Assembly: GCA_011109175.1 (NCBI GenBank)
Contig: RDEW01000016.1
Coordinates: 422,811-486,810, forward strand
DNA length: 64,000 bases
DNA from: Dicyema japonicum
Lineage: Eukaryota > Animalia > Dicyemida
Direction of reading: 5' to 3'
Of the stretch, positions 26,200 through 38,229 are shown in pieces. The number at the start of each line of letters is the position of its first letter. Within the stretch, counting starts at the first letter, position 1. Position numbers and translations under genes: made by a program. The notes under the pieces are model-generated. The model worked only from the letters and a program-made list of their open reading frames with translations. It ran no database searches and was not told the origin of the DNA.

Positions 26200-28010
26200 A
26201 AATCTGAAACACTTGCCCGGCCTGCCAATGAAGTGATTGTAGAAAGTTTGCTGTCGTTTTGACGTTTTTCGATGATCTATGGTAAGGTGGTTGTGTATTT
26301 GTTACCGACTGGAATCATCTCCATGGTGTAATATGTCCTCTGTCGCAGATCATATCGAACCATGACTCGGAAGAGTATCTAATTTCAGCTTCATACACTC
26401 AACGCAGGAAGGTTATTCCTGTTAGAATTCCTTAGCCTCCCCAATACAATTGTCTCTGCCCTACGTCCTCCATTGAGAAAGATATCTTTTAAAGAGACAG
26501 CTTCTATTCTCAGATTTCCGTAAACCTGTCGGAGCACATCCATTTCAAGAGAGCATTTCCATTGTAGAACTTCACGATGAACTTCGATCTTGACGGGTTT
26601 AAAACCGGAAATTTCATGGCCCTAAATCCCAGTCGATTGGCCAGTCGGGGACCCAACGGTCCGGTCCACAGGATCGGGATGATTTTATATTGGCAATCTC
26701 CGTCGCAACTTCAGTGTGAGTTATGATAGGTGAGCTTGATTTCTTTGGTCTTGTGGATGCAGCTCAGGAATTTCTAGTGACTGATCCCAGCATAATATTT
26801 CATAAGTTTGTTCAATTCATGTTGGTTTTTCTGTTCTGAGTTTGTGCACTGCTTTGTCCTTACTTTTCATTCCACATGATTTCTTTTCCATTTTGATTTG
26901 TTTTCCCATCTTTCTTTGTGATGCTTTGAGTTTCTCGGTGATAGTATCACTGAGGTTCTTGATTTGATTTCTCCGCCGGACATAAGAAAGAGATTCTTTC
27001 AAGAGGGTACCTCTCTTTGATAAAATTTTTATCTCCGATCCAGATTTTTGTCGTAGCGTTTGAGAGAGCATTTTATAATAAATAGTTTTCTGCCCAATAA
27101 GATCTCCTCGATTAAGCACTTGACAGCTTCATCAATTGATTTGAACAGTTCAGCATCAAAGTTTTGTAGTATTGTGTCGGTGAAGTTGGCGTATCCCTCC
27201 CAATTGGGCCTCTTGTAATTGAAAAAGGACAGTTTTGTCCATGCGTGGAAAGGCTTTCTTGATCCTGATGATGATTGGATTGTGATCCGATCGTATCTAT
27301 GACCATGAGATGGCCGAGGATAAGTTAGCCGTGGATACTGTAAGGTCCGGAGAGGTAAAACGTTCGTCATCCTTATAAAAGGTCCTAGTGTGGATCTTCG
27401 GGTTGTTAATAGACAAGGCAGAGAGTTGTTCTAATAGGGACCGTCCTCTGGGATTTAAGCCAAGTTTGGTGTTTTGCACATAAATCTCCACATATTATTA
27501 GGTTCTTTAATTTGGATAGCTCTGAGAGGTCCGGGTTGAATCTCTTTGGACAGGACGGAGGTGGTGGGACATATATGTTGGCAATGATGGTCCAGATATC
27601 TCTGATACGCCGTCTTGAATTGTCGCCTTGAGGTCATCTGTATAATGCAAACCGTTTTTGATAATGAGCAGGAGACCCCAGTCAATCGGTTTAACCGATC
27701 CACGCGGATGCAGTTGTATCCCGGGAAGGAGAGAGATATGGAGGGAGGTGTCAATATGGTTTCTTGGATGGCAGCCACATCGATATTTTGTTTTTTTGAG
27801 GTATATCCGTAACTCTAGTATTTTCCCTCTTATTCCATTGACGTTCAGTTGCAGTATGAGGCCCTGGATTAAGCTTCACATCGCCTGAAAGTAAGATGGC
27901 TTCGGGAGTTGTCGTCTGGCAACGGATCCAGATGGGGGAGAGTGGTCCTTTTTCGAGTAGGGAAACACCTGACGCCACCGTTATAAGTGGACCACATAAC
28001 GTCAATCTCG
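26200..28010 (-). mobile_element. LINE ORF2 5' region: 2A-like peptide, APE endonuclease and linker, degraded
   Basis: LLSGDVKLNPGP, ILQLNVNGI, VAAIQET, FPGYNCIRVDR, TSPDLT, FNYKRPNWEGY. Confidence 0.85.
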
Positions 28011-28548
28011 CATGTTACCATTTTGAAAATTCTGATAAATATATTACAAATCGATTCAAATTCCTGTAATTCTAATTAAAATAATTTAAATAATTCCAAT
28101 ATTTAATATTTTCTGTGCTTAACACGTGATAATTAATTTGGTTTTACCGTGGTCTTGGGTTGTTAATAAATAACAAATTTCTAGGCACTATTGGTTAGTT
28201 AAGTAACCCCGGTCTCACTAACTTGTAGGAGGCCAGGCACTTAGAAATAATTTATTAGGGATATTCACAAAAGACGATTTATTAAGTAGTCTCGTCCAAA
28301 TCTTACTTCCCTTGAACATCTAGAATCACTGCTACCTGTAATATCACAAAGCATGAAAGCTAAAGAAAAGCCTGAAAGACAAATAAAAACTATGTGTTGA
28401 GCTATATCCACTTGAGACCCAAGAAAGTGGAAATAAAGGAGCTGTAACCAATAGTCTAGCAAATCGGTTAAAGGGTCAAACGATACTACTACGACGTAAT
28501 ACAATAAAATGAAACAAAATATCCAAATAAAACTAATAATCATTGTAA

Positions 28549-31347
28549 TCAGAATTGAGTGGTAGTGACGACAGAGTTCCCATACAACAAAATGGCATAT
28601 TTAACATCCTTTGTAAGTTCATTCAGGACCTCATAGTAATTCTCATAATCACACTCACGTTTAGGCGGTTTTGGGAGTTGAATCAAATTCGCAATAACTG
28701 AAGACTGATTGCTCAAAATAAGGTGAACAATCCCCTCCAAATTCCGTCTTCCGTCGGTCTCTAATAGACCACGTGCGCTGTAGTACTCCTCTTCTGGGAC
28801 CCAACTACTTTTACAAGAACGCCTACCAGACGCTAGCTCTGATCCTCAAATTCGAAAAAAGCACACTTGAAGCCTTCTCCTCCTTCAAAAAGTCAATCCC
28901 CGACGGCAGGAACACCCTGATCTTAGCCTTCGGTCCCACCTTCCAGGCCATCTTGAACACACAACCCATCTGCAGCAAGAAGTTGATATTGGGATTGCTC
29001 TGGAATTCATAGGAGCACACTTTGGCTCCAAAAAAGTCCAAAGCCCATAGATTTATGATATCACCGGTGGTCTCTGAGACCTCAAAGTCAGTAAAATTTC
29101 GGAAGAGACAAATGCTTTTCTATCAATAAGCCACCATGGTACCTCCATAGCGATTAATTGATTCACTGTGCTGATGTACTCCCCAATTCCAGTCCACGTG
29201 CTCCCTGAACCGTACAAGCGGTTGTCTTCTAAACCGAATTTTTGTGACAATGGCGATTTGGGGGACATTGGAGTAAAGAAACCAAGGGCGATAATGTTGG
29301 GCTTCATAGCTCCTAGACCAGAGAGCAGGGTCACGTGGTAGATCCCCTCAGAGAGTGAAGAAGACACTGTGAGCTCAGGGAACGCCTTTACATTCAGTTT
29401 TTGGATGTACTTCTCCCACAAATCAACTTGCTAACATCACAGACTACCAAACCTGGAGAGGAATGTGGGATAATTCAGATAAGTCTCCCACAAACACGTG
29501 GGAAATGATAAACAGTCCACTCTTCTTCAGCATATTCATACACATTATAACAGAGTCCGACTTTAAGGGGGAAGCAACAAAAAGCAAAATCTGAGGTCTC
29601 CAGAACTTAATGTGGTACTTCTGGGTGTCCAACTTGAGCAAGTACTTGCGCACGTGGTGAAAGATCAGAGCCTGTCCTATGTGACCCCATCCAGTTTCAA
29701 AGTTCCTGGCGTACAGAAGCACAGTGAGGACTACAAAGACGCCAATGCAGATCCCTGAGTAAAGTGGGCTGACCACAACCATCATGCAGGCACATGAGGA
29801 CATACCTACCACGCATGTACTCCAGTGGAAACACTTGAAAGAGGGTCTACTAAGCCCATGGATTACCTGAAGTTAGGAGCAGAAGCAACATCCAGCAGGA
29901 AACAGGAGAGATTCAAGGCGAAATAGCAGATGAGGAAGATTGTAGTCGAAAGAGGGGCTATGGCATCCAAAGAACCTATCAACATGAACAACTTCAGTAA
30001 AAAATGGAAAAACCTGAACGAGAATATATGACACCACAACACTCCCAAGAGGATTGCCGAAAAAGACCGCCTTTTCTACGCCGGAAAAAATGTTCCCTTT
30101 CTATTCAAAATACCTAGAGTACAAAAAATCCGGTCATCTGCAATCGCCTTTAAAATGCGGGTCCCTCCAAAGAAGGAAGCCAAGGAGGCTGAGACACACG
30201 TGGCAAACTGTCCCACAGTGACCAACCAAGGTACCAGATTCACATCTTTCATATAATTGTAGTTATTCTGTAACAGAAACCCGCATCACGGAAAACTAAA
30301 CCTGTCGCATGAACATCCAGTCAGGACCACCAAAAGAAGATAAAGGACAGCCACAGAAACGCAGGAAACCAGGGTCCCTACTGGGATGCTGTATGACGGA
30401 TTTATAAGTTCCCCTGGATTGACTAGGAGGGCTACCGGATAAATTGGCCCCGTTCGTAATCCCAGTCATCCCCGTGAAGAAGACAGCGAAGATTATCCCG
30501 AAAGAAGTCCACGGTGTCCACGGAATAGTGTAATCCGCGGAATAATTAGCTACCAGTAAAAAATAAATCACCACCGTGAAGTTATCACGGCAAGTCCTGG
30601 CCTTAATACCCGTAAAATTACCATAGACGTTTGCAATGTGGTCAGCCGGATAAACAATTCCGTTATTCCGCGGGATCAGCACAGCCATAGGCCTCTGGAA
30701 GACGAAAGAGATCACCACGGAAGAAACACACACACGGCGAATCTATTGACCACAAACCACCACCAGAAGTATCACATTGGTCACTCTGCTGAATAGTCTC
30801 CCCCCAACAAGGGAGACAATTAGGCAGAATCCGGCAATGTAGGTGGCGTACAAATAGGTCTCCCATCTCCCGTTGCCTAGATAACGGACAAAATTACCTG
30901 TTATTAAGTATTTTCCGTAATTATGGAACAGAACCTCCACCGCAGAAATCACGTAAAGGCTGGTGGCCACCACCTGGCCCAAATAGAGCATGATTCCGAT
31001 GACCCCACCAAGTTCTGGCCCCAGGGTCCGGCTCACCATATCTGTCAAAGTAAGTGGACTGGGATACAGTATGTTCCGCCGCCACGGATCATTCCGTTGG
31101 TAGAGATGGCGCAGATCGAGAAAACCGTGAGGATCACGATAACAAAAGAGATACCGACTTGGAGAAGGGAGTAGCCGATTCCGTTATTTCCAACGGCGTA
31201 TCCTGAGTGAACCGAAGGAGTACCTATTCTGAGAAAGATCATTGTGCTGAGCATTCCCAGGGTCACAGGTGAATAGACTCCGCCAAATGTTCCCAGACGA
31301 GACTGATCCTGTTGTCCAGAAGAAATCAAGGGATAAACCTCTTCCAT
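28549..31347 (-). CDS. SLC12A9: Solute carrier family 12 member 9-like cation-chloride cotransporter
   Basis: [108 protein letters not shown], LPKPP. About 11 introns of 20-26 nt, e.g. 31203-31223 and 29847-29866. Confidence 0.93.
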
Positions 31348-31619
31348 TAATATAAGAATTAATTTGAATTCTAAAAGTTTTATTATTTCTTGATTTTTTA
31401 AATTAAAATATTTTTAAATAATTTACAAATTTATTCTAAATAAAAATATTTTGTGGTCAACAAGGTTTCATTATTATCCCCTTAATTTTCTTTCAATAAA
31501 GGAAAAATTATCGAGATAAAAAATCGTGCATTTTTATGTTTCGATTTGTATGTCACTGCGTGAAAATTCCTAAAATATCAATTAGACTCGCATATCTACG
31601 ACCCAGATATTAACAGTTT

Positions 31620-33900
31620 GAAAATTAAATAGCATTCTTTAATATTCTGCAAGTAAACTGTTGGCCACGTGTCCTATGATCTAACACAGGGTCACCCTCG
31701 TTAATTAGATGTCTCCTCAATACTCTTCTCTGACGGTCCTTACGAGGATCTTCGGTCGCGGATTTTTGCACCTTTCCTCTACTGCCAATCAGTATTTCCT
31801 GATTTGTGTGGATGTACTTCTGAGAGGTATTCTGTTGAATTTTCATGTGAAATTAAGTCACCATGCCTATTTTTTCGATATTTCGGTTTTCAGCAACTTT
31901 GGACTGCACTTGTCCTGTAGTTGTGTATTGATGAGGTTAAAGTGCACTTGTTCTGTACGTATGAGTGAGGTGACACTTTGAAGCCTTGTTATTGATGACT
32001 TACTCCAAATTTAATTGGGGCCTTCGTGGACCGCAAAAAATTACGTTGCCCCTTTGTCTGATTCGATTATCGACAAATTGGCGGAATTATTGCGCGAAAT
32101 CACTGGGTTAAAAAAAGTCTCATCTAATTAAGTGATCGTGAGGTCGAAACCGGCGGAGATGAGCATTTTGAACCGCTTGGCAGGGTCAAGTCTTTTCGTG
32201 TCTTAGGTGATTTCCGATTTTTTGAGAAAGGTTTGTAAAGGAGCTGGTCACCGCTTTCATCAATTTTCGTTGTCGTTCAAGCAGAAGTGGTCATAGACTT
32301 AAATTAGAACCGATCACGTTATTTGGGGGCTTCCTGGAAGAACTGGAAATGGTCACTGAGGCATCTAGCATTGCTTCCAAGGCTTTTGAAACTATTTGTG
32401 TCATTCTTTTCATCGCAGTTGGTTTTCCACATGTTGGGGAAAGTAAGTCCCTCGTCAAGCATGACTCCCAGGATGTTTGGTGTGGCATTGATGGAGACAA
32501 TCACGTTTTTGGAGAGGATTCTCGGTTTGATGTTAAGTCCCTTTTTTACACGTGGAGTTGCAAAAGACTTGGTTGAGAAAACTTTATTTGAGCAAACCAT
32601 GGAATCAGAGTACAAGCATTTCGTGTATGACCCCGACGTAGATTCCATGTTGTATTTCACTTGGCCTTATCTGTCGTTCAGGAAGTTGACCAGCCACAGT
32701 TTTATATTTGTGGAGGATGTCCTCGTCAAAAGTAATTTCCTTGGTAAAGAGTCGCCTCGCATATATCGATCGATACCAGGACAGACCTTTGATGTGGCTT
32801 ACGTTGAAATCTACCGGGGTAGAAGAAGTCGTGCTGATGTGTTTGTCAAGGATCCTGAAGAGGGAAATGAATTCGGTCGGTAAGAGAATATCCTCGTGGA
32901 TCGGTTTGGTTTGAGTACGGGTATTTTTCCATAATTCTTGGGTGACATTAGTGTGGATATGCTCACATAGGAGTTATCAGTTGGGGTACCCTGGTACCCG
33001 GAGACCGATGTGCCTCATTTCTACGATGATAAAGTCAGAGCTTTCCAGTGATTGATCTCTTAGGTTTAATCACTTTTGGATAGCTTCCTCCAACGTTTCA
33101 TGCTTTTGTCTTTGATGTATGACAACCTCTTCATAAGAACATGAATATGTCAACATTATGTGGCCTCTCCTCAGACAATTTTGTGATTTGCTCATTTGCT
33201 TTATTTTCTGCCAAGGTGTCGGGAGGAATTGTCTCCATTGGTCCTTGCATTACAGATAATCTTGGACAGACGGTGAACTTCCAATAACCTATAGCATTGG
33301 CTGATCCTTTTCAATTGGGGAGGTCAGTTGATTAGCGACACACCGCCAGATTAGCGGGGCCAAAGATGAGGATGTTATAAAGAGGTCGTGTGATAATGGT
33401 ATACTAGTAAGCCTCCTCCAAGTTTCTCCTGTCAGTCACGTTGACTTACCGAATAGCCAGGGAACTTTGGGGTAGACATCTCTGTCCATCCTGTCTGGAG
33501 GATGAAGATATTGTGCCTTTTGGGAAAATGACAAAAGAGGATAACCTCATGAATTACGTAAGCGTGCAAGGAGGAAAGTTGTATGGAAAAACTTCTGGAG
33601 GGGATAGTATAGGGTACGATATAACCGAAACCCTAAGGAAAACGGGGGAGTGAATTTAACAAACTTATTCCGTAGGAATAGATAATTCGGTGTTTCCTTC
33701 ATATTTAGGACACGTGGGAATTATATGGATGTATTTAACACCGTCATAGCCAGAATGAAATAATTCAGGTGATCCCGGCCTCCCGCAGCAGTCTTCGCAT
33801 ACTCGGACATGAAGGAAGTGCCTTCCGAGGGGGTACTCTTCTGGGTGGTTATTGACTAATGGCCCTTATGGATATAAGTGAGGATTATATCTGGTTCCAC
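31620..33900 (-). mobile_element. LINE debris (APE and RT thumb) plus a second GIT* 3' end at about 33720-33900
   Basis: PKFPGYS..LGGGLLV (APE), NATPNILGVMLDEGLTF (thumb), MRRLLREAGIT*. Confidence 0.7.
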
Positions 33901-34289
33901 TGGAGATGGTGAAGCACACGACGACGCTAACAATTTAATCTACCTGGAGCCAAAAGGGAAGAGAAGAACAGAAGAAACAAACAAAGGTCTTAAATTCAAG
34001 TAGCCACATAGCGCCACACTAACGTTGACACCACGTGGCATAGTTGGCATATTTTAAATGCCATAATTCAGTTGGTTCCCATATGCCATTTTTTACTTTT
34101 AATTAATTATTTTAATAAAAATAAAATATTAAACTCGTGTAAGAATACTATGTCACATGCGCTGTTGATGACTATGCGCTAGGCGTTAAATATAGTTTTT
34201 ACAGATTTCATAGGAATTAATTACGCTGCGGATAACACTTCTTTTAACGTGGAAGTAGTGACTATTGCAAAGATCCTCCATCTTATTCA

Positions 34290-34520
34290 TCCAAGGTGAG
34301 TCTGGTTATGGAGTGCTTTGGTAAAAACTTTTATCTCTTTTTCATTGTCCATGCAAATCGCAAGCTTGTTATTTCCATTTGGATCTGTACGGTAAATTTT
34401 GTTGCTAATCATCATGAACCCCGCGAATCGTTCTGGCTAAGACAACGCATCGGGATTGCCGTATTACGTGGAAACATATACGCAATCCTATGCAAAGGAT
34501 TAATTAAGTCCTTTTTAAAT
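34290..34520 (+). mobile_element. CRE-like 3' end
   Basis: EPRESFWLRQRIGIAVLRGN. Confidence 0.7.
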
Positions 34521-34919
34521 AAATTGTTTTCCCTCTAAAAAAATCAAAAAATCATCATTAATTTTTTTGATTTTTGTAAGAGTCGAAATTTATTATGTTT
34601 GTTGGGAATTTTAATTGCCTGGTCTTTAAGGATGTGTTCGATTATTTGATATTCATCTGAACATTTTACGCAACCAATTATTGCAGGCATCCTTAGATTT
34701 ACGATTTTTTTCGCGAAAGTGCTATTATATTTTTGGCTACGTCACACCACGCTATAATTGGCCAGGCTTTTTGTGATATTGATTGACACATGATTGGTTG
34801 CTCGTATTGCATAGTTGCTCACACTGCGCGCGACAGAAAATAACTCTTCCGTGGAAAATGGCATTTTATGACAAAAAATTGCCCTATCATAACTTTGTTG
34901 CCTTGATTTTCATTATTTG

Positions 34920-35305
34920 TTTAATTTTTCGCAATAAAATCAATCATGACTTTCTTTGATAGTCTGTATGTTAACTTGAGTAGATCCATCTTGCACTTGA
35001 AAGGTAGGAATCTAATGATCGCGGTCATAGGCGTTTTCTTTATTTTCAAGACATGCAAGATTCCATCCTTACTTAGGGAAATATCCGATTTTCCTTCCAC
35101 ATCAGACAGAAACTGAAACAACATACACTCAATCTATGGACAATCAAAGTAACCCTTCCCCAATTTAGTTCGACTAATAATATCTTCTTGTTTGCGGGCC
35201 TCAGGTGAATTTTATATTCTTACACGTTATCATTACTTTTTTGTCCTCTAAAACTCCGAGGTACCGACAGCTTTCGTGCCCATCTAGATATTTCACTTCA
35301 TTCAT
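34920..35305 (-). mobile_element. Probable R4/Dong-like RT thumb remnant
   Basis: KYLDGHESCRYLGVLED and RTKLGKG-like motifs. Confidence 0.35.
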
Positions 35306-35307
35306 GG

Positions 35308-35460
35308 ATTCCGGGTGGCATAGTGGTTAGGTGTCGGGATAAAGTGGCTTAGGTTACGGGTTCGATTCTCGCTGCTGTTCACCTGGTGGAAGGTTCCACG
35401 CATCTACGATGCTAAAAGGGCTGACGAGTGACGCCGTCATCAGTGAGGATTCACTGAACT
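35308..35460 (+). mobile_element. tRNA-derived SINE, 5' half with the best-preserved Pol III boxes
   Basis: A box tggcatagtgg, B box ggttcgattc, core tgacgagtgacgccgtcatcagtgaggattcactg. Confidence 0.85.
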
Positions 35461-35719
35461 ATCGTATCTTCTTTCTCCACAAGTATCATCAGATCATCGA
35501 TAAATAATAGATGGTTTGTTGAATACGTTACCACTGACGGGTCCCCCGACAAATAGATAATTTTGGAAACGGCTTCAGGATTTTATTGCTACCAAATTGT
35601 GCCTGCGTTAAATAATAAGATAAATATTGCATTTTGGCATCTTAGTTTTAAAATTATGACATTTTTACTACTGCACTTTGCGAAGAGACATACTAACCAA
35701 ATCTACGCACAAGAATGAC

Positions 35720-35955
35720 AATTATCATAACTAATCGATGAAGAGAACCGAGGAATGCTCTTTATTTTTTTGTTAGATATAAGTCTTTTTGTAGATGATC
35801 CGGTTCCGCAGTGAAATGTCACTGATGACTGCGTCACTTGTCAATCCAAAGCGTATGCGTGGAATCTTCAGTAGATGCGTGGAATTTTCGACCGGAGTGT
35901 ACAACATCGAGATTCAAACTAAGGGTCATCAGGCCTTCGTTACATTCGGCCACCC
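35720..35955 (-). mobile_element. tRNA-derived SINE, near full length
   Basis: Tail gaaccgaggaatg, core ttccgcagtgaaatgtcactgatgactgcgtcacttgtcaa, decayed B box. Confidence 0.8.
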
Positions 35956-36518
35956 TTCAATTTCCATTAAAATAAATTATAAATACTCATTCATTAAGTT
36001 GTACTGAAAATTTTGTCATCCAAAAAAATAATTAAGGACATTGATTCACCCTATCATTGTGTCGTCACTGAATGGAATAGTTTTAGTACTACGGACGATT
36101 CCCTTTGGAGAATATGCTTTATAGACAGTTGTACACATGGAAATATGGCACTACCGACAATCAAAGTAATTTATATAAATAAAAAACCAATTTGGGACAA
36201 TTTCTTAAATTAAGAATAAATATCCTGAATAGTTGCAGATTTGTGGGTAAGCGAGATCGCTTCGTTGGAAAAATCCACACCACAGTGCAACACAAGGGCT
36301 TAATTTTAAAAATATCCCATCGTTGAGAAACAGTGATCTAAAACACCAACAACCTCTATCCACGGAGAAGTACCACCATTGCCCCAAACTCAGCAAAGGA
36401 ACCACCATAACCCCCCAAATCAGCGCAACTTCCAAAGACAACCTCCCCCAACAAAACCACCTCACTGAATATCAACAACACAATAAAAGAACAAATCAAA
36501 CAATTCAATAAATATTAA

Positions 36519-37325
36519 TCAAGCCATTGGCTTCAGAGTCGGCACTGTTCTCTTTGATCCACATGCACTACAAGTCAGAAAGACCAGCCTTGAACTCTTC
36601 TCCAACGTAGTTGCTGGAGATTTACACATATGACACGTGACATATTCCTCTACACAATCACCACACTATCTACTTATATACTTTTTCAAAATGGTCTCTA
36701 TGCTGAAGTTCCTGATCTTCCCTTTAACCAACAGCACTCCGTTCACGTCCACGGAACCTGTGGTCCCCAATTCCGCCAACAGAAACGCTCCCAAATGTGC
36801 GGATTGACGATTTATTCTATTTTCCGTTAATTTCACTGATACTGGTCAGATATCTCCTTGAAATTACAGAAAGCCGTCTTCTTAGTTCCTGATCTGGCCA
36901 CAATCGGTGGACGAAGGACTAAATGTTTCTTTTCTCCACTAACCATCTCCGGGTTTTTCTCAGCAATCACGGAATATACTCGAGCAAGCATCTAAGACGT
37001 AAAAGTAAAAGAAAACAAAGTCATATGAGAACTGGCTGGTGGACGAGTTGCTCGTGTCGTTCTCTACGACTTCTGCTTTTTCATTTTTATCCGCGAAAAC
37101 GTCGGTGACCTTCTTCTTTTTCTTCTTTAGACCTGCGAATTCGTTGAGAGGAAGCTTTAGATCAGGAAAAATAGTATACTGAATTGTCATGTGTTTCCTC
37201 CTGTGGTTTTAGCTCGACTGGATTTAAGTCAAACTTGACATGTTTTTTCTTTTTTTTCTCGAAGGTAAGCTCTGATAACTAAAAATATCGTAAAAACATT
37301 CCCCCACATCGATGTTGTCTACCAT
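36519..37325 (-). CDS. EIF2S2: Translation initiation factor eIF2 beta subunit
   Basis: Two poly-Lys boxes, FSYDFMLARVYSVIAEKNPEM, RPPIVARSGTKKTAFCNF, HLGAFLLAELGTTGSVD, KYIKEYVTCHMCKSP..CSACG zinc finger. Five introns of 19-26 nt; 1-nt indels at about 36716 and about 37300. Confidence 0.92.
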
Positions 37326-37479
37326 GATATGAATGTAGAAGCTATTTAATTTAAATTAATATTAATTTATTTACATTAATTTTAAATTAAAATAAATCTT
37401 TTACTCACAAAAGTCCCAGACTAATTATTCTGTCATCTAAAGATGCTATAACTCGCGCAAATAAATTAAAAAAAATAAC

Positions 37480-38158
37480 TCGTGCAAGATCTACTAAACC
37501 TGATAAGTCTTTGGTTCCTGAAGAACCGTCTGAATATTTCACCAGAAAAATCACATGTAATTTCGTTTACCTCAACACGAAAATAATTACGGGCAACATT
37601 ACGAATAATTTTGTATGATTTCCCGCTTCTCCATTAAGAAGACCCTTTCAATTTTTGGAGTCATCCTACATCCTCTCCTCAAATTCACTCATCAAATGGA
37701 CCTAGTAACTGCGAGGGTCCAAAAGAAAATTGGAATTCTCAAGCTTTTTACTCACTCTCCATTATCTTCCCACCCAACGTTAGACCTAGTATTGAGTACG
37801 CCTGTGCTGCATGGGTTGCCCCTTTATCGCTATCGGCACATACTATTGAGATCGTCGAAAAAGACTTCCACCTCGTTACTACGGAGAACACTAACGTCCC
37901 CCAATTCATGGAATACCTTACGGAACGTCACCAGGACTTCCTCAAGATGGCAAAGTCCCCTGACCATCCTCTTGGACCCCACATCAAAATATATATGGAC
38001 GCCTGCCCGAGATATGAGAAGAAACCTTCCCCGCTGTGGAGATTAATCCAAGACTCCAAAACTAACCACAGGAAAAGGTATGGACACCGGGATCATTTAA
38101 GTAGACGACAACTTTTATCCTCTTTCTTGTGATTTCGCGGTTAATAAAATAAATAACT
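37480..38158 (+). mobile_element. LINE 3' region (GIT* family)
   Basis: IFGVILHPLLKF, KKIGILKL, RPSIEYACAAW; ends gggatcatttaa..aataaaataaataa. Confidence 0.75.
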
Positions 38159-38229
38159 CGTGAACAACCAGGTCGACTGTAAATTTATGAGTTTAAATCA
38201 TTAAACCAACACCACTGCAGGAATGTAAT

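Noticed and set aside
28265-28543. Hydrophobic 92-aa ORF as part of SLC12A9
   Set aside because: SLC12A9 already ends with its family C-terminus at 28549. This ORF has no recognisable motif and is probably 3' UTR.
32323-32883. 186-aa plus-strand ORF as a gene
   Set aside because: It is the antisense shadow of a minus-strand LINE RT fragment.
35308-35380. Functional tRNA gene
   Set aside because: A and B boxes are present, but the acceptor and anticodon stems do not fold and the sequence runs straight into the SINE body.
12562-37325. Alternative genetic code (stop reassignment) to explain the fragmented ORFs
   Set aside because: In the well-resolved genes, stops fall inside removable GT-AG micro-introns or after 1-nt indels. 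TAA, TAG and TGA all serve as true terminators.
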